64,000 nucleotides of DNA, taken from NCBI GenBank assembly GCA_040905625.1, contig JBBDRC010000236.1:18155-82154 (forward strand). The letters are read 5' to 3'. Under the pieces are notes generated by a model. The model did no database searches. It was not told the origin of the DNA and saw only the letters and a program-made list of their open reading frames with translations. The stretch comes from Kiritimatiellia bacterium. Lineage in GTDB: Bacteria > Verrucomicrobiota > Kiritimatiellia > SS1-B-03-39 > UBA6053. Of the stretch, positions 39,738 through 51,800 are shown in pieces; position 1 is the first letter of the stretch; each line of letters opens with the position of its first letter. The position numbers and the translations under genes are program-made.

Positions 39738-39799
39738 AAAACTCACCTTTTGATAGTTGACCCCACTTCTTTATTTCCCCATTATCACCCTAACGTACC

Positions 39800-39871
39800 G
39801 TGAAAAACAAACACCGCCATTCAAATTTTGACCTTGAAGCTCTGGAACCCCGCATTCTACTGAGTGCGGAC
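39800..39871 (+). other. LEPR-XLL / planctomycete-extracellular-type N-terminal leader motif
   Basis: A basic N-terminus followed by FDLEALEPRILLSAD, which matches the LE(P)RxLL(S/A) motif found at the start of giant secreted proteins. Confidence 0.9.
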
Positions 39872-42800
39872 GGGGCCGACCTGCTGATCCCGGGCGCACC
39901 GGAAGCCGTGGAAGTGGTCATGACCTCCGCAAATGAACAGCAGCCGCCTTTGCCGGAAACCATTGCCCTGGCCGGGGATGCTCTGTATCCGGTCATTGAA
40001 GGCCGTGACCTGATTGTAAATGCCGGCGGGGTGTTTGACAGTGAGGGCCGGCAACTGGCCACCGAACTTGCGGGACTGCATTTGGCGGCGGATTCGGTGG
40101 TGATCGCCGACGGGGTGGAGGCGGGTGACTGGCAGATCGATGCCGCGTCTATTTATATGGGCGAAGTGCATTGGGTGGGGGGATCGGTCCTGAACAGTGA
40201 TGCCTTAAGCCTGAGCGGGACGCAGTCCGGGGCCGAGGGCTCCAGCCTGACCCTGGCCCCGCGCCGGAAAGATGCCGCCATTTCGCTGGGCGCGGAAGCG
40301 GAAGGATTTTCACTGGATTCCGACGCACTTGACTATTTATCCGGCTCCGGTTTGGGCGAACTGATTATCGGACAGGCGGACGGCAGCCACGTTTTCACCA
40401 TTGACGGGCTCGATTATGTGGGAAATCTGACCCTGCGGGCACCCGAAATGGGGGGGCATTTTTATGTGCAGAGTGAGATCCGACACAGTGGCGGCGCACT
40501 GACCTATCTCGGGTCGGGTCATACCCAGGATATTTCCGGGGACACCATCACCACCGGGGTGCCCATCAATGTGAACGACACTCTGAATTTGGTGGAAAAT
40601 CCGCTGGTCACCAAAACCCATGGTCCCAATACCATCCTTTTGGACACCACGGCGGGTGGAAATACCGCCGGGGCGAATATTCTGATTACCGGCAGTATTC
40701 TGGGCACCGGCGTGGGTGAGGGCGGCGTGCTTTATTTGAATGCGGGCACCGGTGGGGATATCCGGATCGACGGCGATGTGGGCACAACCGATCCACTGGA
40801 CGGTTTGATCATACTCAATGCCCGCAATGTGATTTTTAACGGAAATATCCTCACCAATTTTATTACCCAGCAGGCGGGCACCGGCAATACCATTTTCGGC
40901 AACGAAACCTCTGATACCCTGGCCTTAAAAGTGGGCGATTTGGACATCACCACGGAAAACAACATTACTTTTACCGGAGATGTGACTATCACCGAAGGGG
41001 ATATTGATTTGACCGTGAACCCCGCCTCCGCAGGCACCGGTAAAATTCATTTCAAACAGTCCGTGACCCTGCAGGACGGTGACATCCTCATCCAAAGCGC
41101 CAGGAATGTGGAGTTTACCCATGCGGTGGACATTGAGGGAAGCCTGACCCAGATCGTCGGCACCCAGGCCACCCTTATCCGGGGCGAAGTTGATGCCGAC
41201 AGCATTGACCTGACCTCCAATCTGGAGATTCGGTTCGAGGATGAAGTGCGGCTGGCAGTGGGGGACATGACCCTCACCTCCAACGATGTGAATTTTACCG
41301 GCGGCAGTGCCAGTATTATCGGCGCGCTGGATAACAACAATCTGCCCTTGAGTCATTTAACCCTGCGGCCGGTGGACAACACCGTTTCCATGGACATCGG
41401 CTCACCGGTGGGCGGGGTGGGGACCTTCCAGTTTACCACCACGGATATTGCGGCTCTGGCGGATGGATTTGACCAGCTCACCTTTGGGTATCCGGCCGGT
41501 TCCACCAATGCGGTGCGGATCGGAAATGCCATTTTCCTGGACCCCGTGGATGTGTTCGGCGGCAGCGCACTCGTCAACGGCACCTTCAATGCCAAAGCCG
41601 ATCTGACGGTCGAAGCCGCCAGCGGCGGCATTGAGGTGACCAATACCCAGGTCCGGGTCGGCAACGACCAGATTGACAGCGTCTGGCAATCCGCCGCCAT
41701 TACGTTTGCCGCGCTGCAGGGGGATATCACCTTCACCAACGGCGGCTCGCTGCGGGTGTTGAATCAGGATGATGACGATCTCAGCCAGGGATCCCTCATT
41801 ACCCTGACCGCGCAAAACGGCTCAATTATAAATGTGCCCGGCTCCGAAGGATTTATGACCGCCCGCGATTTAATCGCCACCGCCACCGGCGATATTGTCT
41901 TGTTGACAGAAATTAAAAACCTCACCGCCCACAGTACCGTCGAAGGAGATATTAATCTGGTGGAGCTGGATGATTTACATGTTATTTCCGCAATCACGGC
42001 AGACGGGTCCATCACCATCAACACCGGCGGGGACACCACCCTCGATTATTTAAGTTCTGTCACGGATCATGCGGATAACTTTATTACGGTCGATGTTTTC
42101 AGCGGCAGTCTGACCGTGGGTCAGGTGCTGGCGGGAACGCTGGGCGATGTTTCGCTATCCGCCGAAGGGGCTTTAACCGGCTTCACCCTTCAGACCCTGC
42201 CACATGTGGCGGGCAATGTGCTGACGCTGTCCGCGATCGAAGGTATCGGCGAAAGCGGCAACCCGCTGCTGATTCTGGCAAATCATGTGGATGTCACCAA
42301 CACAGACAGCGGATCAGTGGTGTTGTCCCAGTTGACCGGACGCAGCGGTTTGACCGCCTCGGTGATCAATGATGCAGCCGGCAGCGCCGATCATATCAGT
42401 TTGAATGTGGACGGCGGCAACACCGTGGTGGGCAGCACCGGCATCCACAGCGCCGCAGATGCGGGAATTCGCATTCATGTGGCCGAAGATTTGCGCTTTG
42501 ACGGCGATGTCAGCGGCAGCGGCGGCGCGCTTACGGCAGTGGCCGGCGGCGCGGGTGAACTGACAGCCGGCGTGATGCTGGCTTCCGGCGGCGGGGATGT
42601 GCTCATGCAGATCGGCGGCATGTTCACCCAGGCGGCGGATGCGTCGGTGCTTTCCGGCGGCGGACATTTATCGCTGTTGGTCACCGATGACATTCTCCTG
42701 GGCACCCTTGATACCCGTCATTTCGCAACCCCCGCAGACCAAAGCACCTCGGGCAACGCATCGGTGGTTTCCACCAACGGATTTGTGCACGATACCGCCG

Positions 42801-45800
42801 CTTCCGCCACGGTGAATGTTTTTGCCAATGAACTCACCTTACGTGCAAATACCGGACTCGGTGAATTGGATGAAACCACGGAACGGGCGCTGGAGACGGA
42901 GGTCGCGCTGCTGGCCGCAGTGACCGTGTCCGGATCAATCGCCCTGAAAGATCAAAACGATTTAAGCACTGGCACCACCTCTGCTTTCACCCTGACATTG
43001 CTGAATGAAGACGGCAGCACCACCACCTCGGGACTCATCTCCGGATTGACCGCCGTGAATAACAATGTCGGCGACATCATGTTGAGTGCGGAAGGACTGC
43101 TGACCCTCAGCACCGCGGATGCGGTGGAAACCGACGGCGCATCCGTGATCGCTTTGTTTGGTGGCAGTGTCTCGGTTGAAGGAGCCGTGCGTTCTGCCGG
43201 TGGCAATCTGTTTGTAAAAGCGGCCACTGGAAATATTTCTTTGCTGGATGCGGGTCATCTCATCAGTATCGGTAACGCGGTGATTACCCTTGAAGCGGAA
43301 GCGGGTGCCGTTTTGGCATCGGCCGGCAATATCATGGACGCGGATCTGGGGGATATTCATATTGCCGCGCTTGGCAATGTGACCCTGGGTCAGTTGAATG
43401 CCGATGCACAGGTTGACATCGCGTCCATAAACGGATCTGTCCGCGCCGCGGCCGGCGGGATCGATACCCGCACCGTCATCACCTCAGCGGAACTGGCGCT
43501 GTTTGCCGGGGTCGGCATCAACGGTCCGCAGGGATCCACCGAAGCGCTGCTTACCGCCGTGGATAAACTGGCCTTGGGGGGCAGCGGGGATGACGCATTC
43601 CGGATTGAAAACACCGGCAGTCTGCTGCTGGATGATATCAGTTTGAGCCGGGTCAGTTATTCCACCCTGTTGGCACTCACCACCACGCCGGGCGTGATAA
43701 CCGGCGGATTTGTTACCAGTGGAGAAGGGGATCTGGAGCTGATTGTGAACGGCGATCTTGATATCGCGGCGCTCAAACGGATGGAGACCACCGGTGCCGG
43801 TGACATCAGCGTCACCGCGACCGGCGGCTTCACCATGGCGGTCTCCTCTCTGGTCATAAACGTGAATGGCAATATCGAAATTGTTGCTGAAGACAGCGTG
43901 GCCCTGGCGGCGGTGAGTTCTGCTGACGGCGATATCACCCTTCGTTCCAACGCCGGATCGATTGTGGATAACGATCCTGCCGAAGCGCTGGTGGATATCA
44001 ATACTCTGGGTCAGATCGACCTGATTGCGGAAACCGGCGTGGGCGTGGAATCCGGTGAACGTCAGACCTTAAATATACTGGCGGACAGCCTGTCCGCTGA
44101 AACGGCCACGGGCGGCATTTTCATTCATTCCGCCGCTTCTTTTGCCACCAGCGGATTGGTCAGCACCGGCGGGGCCACTCCGATTTCCGTGCTTTCCGAT
44201 ATGAATTTGGATGTGGGCCCCAACAGCGGCGGGGTTGCGGTTGATGCAAGCGGAGACCTGGTGCTGACCGCAGGCGGTGATTTGACGCAACTCAGTGGCG
44301 GCGCCATTTCTGCGGCGGCGGATATCCGGCTGTCATCGGCCGGCACTCTGACCCTGGTAGAGGTAATGACACCGGGGGATGTGGCACTGACCGCGTTGGT
44401 GGTTACCGGCCTGCCCGCCACCACTGCCACGGAAATCACCGCCAACGGACTGCTGTTGGATACGGTCGGCGTTTTTGGCAGCCCCGCCCAGTTCCTGCGC
44501 ACTTCCATCGCCGGTTTGGCCGGTACGGTGACGGCCGGCCGCCTGGCCTTTGCCAATGGCCGTGATTTGTCCCTGACCCCGGTTTCAGTCGAAACCACGG
44601 CTACCTCTCCTATGGGCGCCCTGCCGGTCACGCCTTTTGTGCAGAGCGGAAACCGATTGGTGGTGAACGGCAGCGGGGAGGGCCTGTTTGCCGATATTGA
44701 CGGCAGCCTTACGGTGGACGCCGATACCGGGGCCGCACTCACGGTGGCCGAAGCCATTCCGGTGCTTTGGCAGACCAGTGGCACGCAGTCCTGGAATGAT
44801 GCCTTTGCGCTCGGGGGCGGCGACAGCACCTTCCGCTCGGCCTCACACCTTTCTTTCTTTGACGGCGGCATTTCGACCACCGGGAATGGGGATATTTATC
44901 TCGAGGCGGGTGGTGATTTGAATTTCGCCACCACCAGCGGCATCAACAGTGGCAGCGGATCCCTGTTGGCGGACGTGGCCAATGTCATTTTAGTGAACGG
45001 TGCCCTCAGCAGCACCGCCTCGGTCGGCCTGCTGGCCGGACGTGAAATATCGGTGACCGCGATTGGCGGCCCGGCGGTGCGGGTGACGGCCCGTGAATTG
45101 ATCCTTAATGCGGGATACAAAATCACCAGCGGCCTGTTTCCGTTGACTACTGATGCGCAGCGCATCAGTGCCCGCAGCGGTGCGGGCGGCGTTTATGTGG
45201 CCAATAACGGCAATCTGCTGATCACCAATACCGGTTTTGCGGTGGCATCCCTGCAGGCGGATGCCTCGGTGGAAGTTGCTTTCAGTGGTCATCAGGGCGG
45301 GGTCACCACCACCCAGGCCGGCGCCATTGGGGTGAACAGCACCGGAACCATTACCGTTCATGAAGTGGCGGCCGTCATTGAAGCTTTCCCCGACACGGCC
45401 AATGCCATTTCGATTGTGGCCGATGGGCTGGGACCCGACGGCAACGCGCTGAATATTTTGTTTGATATTGTAACCTCGGGAAGCGGCGGCAATCCCCCAA
45501 CCACGGTTTATACGCCCGAAACCGGGCTGCTTACCGTCACCTTGCGCAGGGATGTCAGCACCCTGCAGGAAATTGTGGATGCCATCAACGCCGATCCGGA
45601 TTTTGCCGGCACCGCGGTTCTGGCCGCCGGCCCCATGGACGGATCACTCATCTTTACCCTGCCCACGGATGCCGATTTTGCTTTCTTTGCCGAAGGCGGG
45701 CGGCGTGAAGGCGTTCTGGTGCAATCCTCCGGCACGCTGACCGGCGGTGCGGAAGCCATTGCCGCGGTTTCGCAGATCCTCTTGCCGGGCGAATCCTACA

Positions 45801-48800
45801 ACATCCGCTTTACCTCCCTGAACCCCGGGGCGGCGGCCAATGCATTTGAAGTGCGGTTACTGGATGATGGACCGGGCGGCAATTTGACCGATGGTGCCAA
45901 CGCGGCTCTGGTGGACTGGGATGCGGGTGCCGGTCAGCTGAATCTTTATATCAATTTTGGCGCCACCACCGTCGGCACCCTCCTCGCGGCAGTGAATGCG
46001 GCCCGCGATAACGACAGTCTGCCCTTCACGGCAGAACTCAACGGATCGTTTTTGAGTTCGGATCTGGATGATGTGCTGGGGGATGCGGGCGTGACCCTGC
46101 AGTCCAATCTTTCCGCGAACGCGCAGTTGCGTCCCACCGGAACGAATAACGATATCAACGTGGTCTCCGCCATCGCCGGCCAGTTATATAATCAGATCAG
46201 TTTCCGCTTTGTGGACGACGGATCGGTCAGCACCCTCGGGGTTCGTGCGTCATTCGATGATAATACCAATGTGCTCACAGTGTATCTGCAGAGCGGGATT
46301 ACCACCGCCAATCAGGTGGTCAGCGCCCTCAATACGGAAGGCACCTTCACGGCCTCATTGTTACAGGAAATCAGTGGCGGCGTGAACAGTGGTGCCGGCA
46401 GTATCCAGGCCCATCATTTTGCACTGCACAGCGGCGCGGTGGGGGTCAACGCGTTTGCGAATATGACCATGTCCGGGGTCGACAATGATCTCATTCTCAC
46501 GGCGGATATTGCCGGGGCGGATCAAAACGGCATCACGATTCTTCTGGTGGAGGATCCGGGGCTGGCGGTAGGCCAGGCCGGTGCCCTTTACACTGCGGGA
46601 ACCCGCACTCTGGAAGTGAAGCTCAACCCCTCTTTTGCCACGGCGGGCAATGTGCTGACCGCGATCAACACGGCTGCGGCCGGAATCCTCACCGCCACCC
46701 TGGCCCCGGCGAACAGTGGATTCGGCGGAATTGAACTGGCTTCTTACCCACAAACCGCAGGCGGCACCGGCGGCCCGCCCGAAGCGATTTATGTGGCCGG
46801 GGGCTTAAACAATGATTTTGAACTGGTGGCGGATGACACTTTACCAGAATACGAAAACATTCAGGTTTTCATTACCGATGATGGCAGCATCACCGACGGC
46901 ACTGCGACCGCGACCTATAATGCCGTTCCCCGTCATCTTATTCTGAATGTGCAGAGCGGGGTGACCACTCTGAACGACCTGCTGGCTGTGCTCAATGCCG
47001 ATGCCGACATTCCGGTGAGTGGTTCCCTGCTTGCGGGCAATGATGGCTCCGGCGTATTCAATCTGCCGGCCCGGTCTTTCATCGGCGGGGTGGATGCAGT
47101 GAAAGCCGCCGCCGCCACCCTGCTGCCGTCCGGGGTTGAAATTGTATTGGAAGCCGATGTCGGCGGAATCGCGGAAAACGGGATTCAGGTGGTGTACGCC
47201 ATCAATCAATCCCTCCCGCCCAACACCGCAGCGGCCCAGTATTTCGAAGTGGACGATGTGCGCCTGCTCCAGATTCAGGTTCAGAGTGCCGGCACCACGC
47301 TGGATAAAATCGATCAGGCGCTGACCGCCGCCGCCCTGCCGTTCTCCGTTGCGAATCTGGGAACTGTGGGCAGTCTGACCGCCGGCGGCCTGGCCCTGCG
47401 CGCCAGTACAGTGCAGGAAGGGAATCTGCGGTTGAGCGCGAATGGAGATATCAGTCTGATCGGCCGGGTGCAGAGCCAGACCGGACCGGTTACCCTCTCA
47501 ACCCCGGTTACCGGCGATTTGACTTTTGACTCCGAAACCGCCCGGGTGGTGGCCATCAGCAGCGCGGATATCAATCTGGCGGGCAGCTTCGCAAATCTTA
47601 GCTCACTCGAAAACCCGCTGGTCCGGGTTTACGAAAACGGCCCGATCAGCCTGATTGCCGGGGCGAACACGCTGGCGTCTGAACTGCCCGTAAACCTCCT
47701 CAGCGGTGGCAATATCACCATAGGCGGTGACGGCGCTTTGACCCTGAATGATCAGGATCTGAATGCGGAGGCGGGCGGGGATATCGTCATCAGCGGACCG
47801 GTGGATGCCGGGACCGGAAACATCACCCTGACCGCAATTGAAGGAGTGGCGATTACCACGGATGGATCCATTTCGGGTGAAGATCTGGACTTGGAAGCCG
47901 GCGATGACATCCTGCAAAACGGCAATTTGACCGCAACCGGCACGGGGTCGATTTCGCTGACAAGCACAGCGGGCGCCATCACCATGGGCGCGGATGCGGA
48001 AACCATCAGCGACAGTGGTACTATCAGCTATACCGCTGACAGCGACATCGCTATCACCTCGATTGCCTCAATTACCGGCAACATTGACCTCACCTCCGGG
48101 GGCACGATTTCCGATACCCATGTTGCCAACGGCACCAATCTGGCCACGGGCGGGGTGACCGCCCTGACCGCCCGGACCGGCATCGGCGCAACCGGCACCG
48201 GCGATTTAAAAACCCGGGTCGGTGACCTGCAGTTGCGCAACCTCGGTGTCAGTGGGGATATTGTGATCACCGAAGAAGCGGCGGGTGGAGATCTCCGGAT
48301 CACTGAACTCACGCAGGATGCGGTTTCCGGCTGGTCCGTGATCAGCGTGGACAATGGCAGTCTTACCTTCAGTGGAGCGGTCACCCACAGTGACGACGGC
48401 TCGCTGGTTCTGGGGGTCAACGGGAATCTGCTGGTGCAGGAAACCATCCATCTGCAAGGGGGCGACCTCAGTGCGGGGGTGTTTGGAAATGTCACGCTTG
48501 GAAAAGATGTGAACAGTCATGGGGGCGATGTGGGGTTTGCGGCCGGAGGGGTGATTTCCATGAATCCGGCCATGACGCTGGATTCGGATGCCGGGAACGT
48601 CCTGTTGCAGGCCACCGATAACATTCTGGTTTCAACCGTGCTTTCCGAAGCGGATGTGCGGATCGAATCCACCACCGCCTCCGTCTTAAGGGCAGCGAAC
48701 GATGGCAGCACCAACGTTATGGCCGCGCAACTGCAACTCGAAGCGCACTTGTCCGTGGGCTCTTTGGCCAGTGAAGCGGATGCGTTGATCATAGAAGTGA

Positions 48801-51800
48801 CCCGATTGAACGCCACGGCCTCGAACGGGGCCATCGCGATCCAGGAACTGAACGACCTGGCTGTCGGAAACAGCTCTGTCACGGTCCGTTTTGCCCAGAT
48901 TGATAAAAGCAGTGTATCCGGTACTTGGAACGAAAGCCAATTCTTCACCCAGGCGGGTGCGGCGGTGCTGCAGGTGGATGGGTCTCTCACGATTGAAACA
49001 ATCAGTGCCGGGGCCACCGTGGAAGTGGACGGCAACCTGCTGATCGCGGCAGGCGCGGATTTGACCCTGAACGGTGATCTGCAGATCATGAACGGCTCCG
49101 CACAACTTATGTCACAGGCTGATACCCTGATCACCGGCAGTCTGGATGTGGATGGGCGCTCCCTGCTTATGAACTCGGGCGGTCTGTTCACCATGGACCC
49201 CGCTGCCGTGATTACGGTGGTTGATGATCATGCCGTACTTACTTCTGTCGACGTGATGACGCTTAGCCGGGTGGACACCGGCAGTGGTGATTTGGCTTTG
49301 CGCAGCGATGCAGATCTTTTGGTCGATCCGGCCGCCCCGGTGCTGCGGCTCAGCTCTTCCGGACTGCGTCTGGAAGCCGGTGGCACCATTGGTTCGGTGG
49401 CCGATCCGATAAATTTAACCGCGGATACGCTGTCTGCGCTGGGAATGAACGGTATTCATTTGAATGTGACGGGGGATGTGGATGTGAACACCGTGGGGGT
49501 CACGGTCGATACCGTGAACACCCTGGGCTTCACCACCGATCCGGCGTTTGTGGAAGCCGATCAGTCCGATCTGGAATCATCGGCTGCCGGAAATATTCTG
49601 GTGAAAGTGAGTGGCCTGCTCGAGATTCATGACGGAGATGCGGATACCCTGGGTGTGGTCACCAACGGGGCAGGGGTGATCTGTCTGGAAACCGGCACCC
49701 TGGATGCCTTCGCGGATATCCAGACCGTGGATGGCGACATCACGATCAACAGCGCCGGGGTTGCCCACTGGGTCGCCACGGCCAAAGTGCTCAGCACCAA
49801 TGGTGACCTGCACATTGTCGCGGGTGCCGCCCTCACCATGGATGATCAGAGCCTGTTCCGCAGCACCAACGGGAGCATCCTGGTCGACAGCGACGGCTTG
49901 CTGCTGCTGGGTTCTGTGCAGGCCGCCAACGGCCTGGTGGCAATTGATGCGGCAAAAATTGAAGACAACGGGGATACCCGAATCGACATTATTGCCGACA
50001 GCCTGCAGCTTCTTTCCGACGCCTGGATCGGTCAAATCGGGCCCTATAATGCCATTGATATCGATGTGAACCTGCTCGCGGCCCGGGCAACTGCCGGGGG
50101 CATCGCCCTTTCTGAATTGTCTGAAGCTCGTGTGGGTGCGGTATCCGGCTCAGTGGCCAAAGTGGATCTCGCGGGATTGCCGGGCACCACTGCGGTCAGT
50201 GAACTGTTCGGATTAACCAGCATGGCCGCTGCCCCGATTTCTGTGACCGCGGCGGGCAGCCTGACGCTGCTCTCCAACGGTTCCACGACCGATACGGCAC
50301 ACGTGGTGCGGGCCGGCTTGAATTCCAACATCTTCCTGCAGTCCTCTACCGGGAGAATCATCGTTCAGGATGCGGTTTCTTCCGACGGCGGCCACGTTAC
50401 GATGCGGGGTGCAACGGGCATCAGCCTGGATGCGGACGTGCCGGTCAGCACCAACGCCAACGGCACCCTCAGTCTCTTCTCGGCCAATGGACTGATCGGT
50501 CAGGAGACCGGCAGCAGCCTGAGCGCGGTGAATGGGGACATTGTCCTGCAGGCGGCAAGCAATATTTACCTCGCGGAAATCCAGACCAATGCCCGGGTGG
50601 CGGTTACCTCCACCAACGGCGCGATTCTGGACAACAATGTCGGCGCGTTGAATGTGACGGCCGCCAGCCTGCGCCTGAGAGCCGGGCTCAACATTGCCGT
50701 CGGATCCAATCCGCTCAACACCTCCGTGGGCACGATGTCTGCGAGAACCATGAACGGAGCGATGTATCTGAGTGAAGCCAACGGTCTCACGATTGCCGGC
50801 AACGAAGCCCTCACTCAGGTGGTGGATGCGAATAATGTACTCACCCCCACATCTGTTGCTTTACAGACAGGATTGACCACTGGCGGTGTCGGCGGGACCA
50901 TCGTGGTGCAAACCGTTTTGGGAGCCTTGACTGTCAACGCGGGCAATCAGGTTACGGCCAGCAGCGCGGGGAACGTCCTGCTGAGTGCGCAGACCGCATT
51001 GGACATCAATGCCATTGTCAGCAGCGGCAGTGGCACCGTGACCCTGGAATCCCAGTCTGATTTCTCCCTGGCGGCAGGCCTTCAGGTCAGCACCTCAGGT
51101 GCCGGACAGATTCATGTGCTTTCGGGCGGTGCGCTTACCACCGGTGCGGAATCGCGCTTTGTGAATGCCACCGGAAATATCGGCATGGTTGCCCTCGGTG
51201 ACATCACCCTGGGCGGCATCTCCTCCACGGGTCGGGCCGTGATTGCCAGTGCCAGCGGATCGGTTCGGGGCGCGGGTTCCACCACCTTTGATTTCGAAGT
51301 CATTGCCAATCAGCTGGCGCTGTATGCCGAACAGGGCGGGGTGGGAACGCTCAGCCCGGTTACGCCGTTGTCCCCCTTCCGTACCAGTGTGAGCCGGATC
51401 GCGGGTACGGCCGGTGCAGGCGGTTTAAATCTGGTCAACAACCTCAGCGTGACCGTGGACCTGGTCACGGTTTCCCTGCAGCGGGTGCAGGTGAACGGCA
51501 GCCTGTTGGCTCTGCCCGCTTATAATCAGGTCGACCTCCAAACGGTTGCAGGAAACGGTTCGATTGTTCTGCAGAGCACCGCCGGGGCGGTGACCCTCAA
51601 CGAGGGCGGCGATACGGACGGTTTGGCGGTTTCTGCCAACGGCTCCGGCAACGTGCGGATTTATGCCGCGCTCACCTTGACGGCGAACGTGGATGTGCTT
51701 TCCGGCAGTGGTCATGTGACCCTGCGGTCGGTCGGGAATCTGCTGGTGAACGGCGATGTCACCACCTCCGATACCGGCGATGTTTATCTGCGTTCCGATT

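Noticed and set aside
9135-39737. ORF1 as an RTX/MARTX toxin
   Set aside because: I saw no pore-forming, cysteine-protease or effector domain, and there is no acyltransferase gene in the window. The visible modules are adhesive or structural.
39738-39799. Frameshift or readthrough fusing ORF1 and ORF2
   Set aside because: ORF2 has its own LEPRxLL leader. The 62-nt spacer is AT-rich, looks non-coding and contains stop codons.
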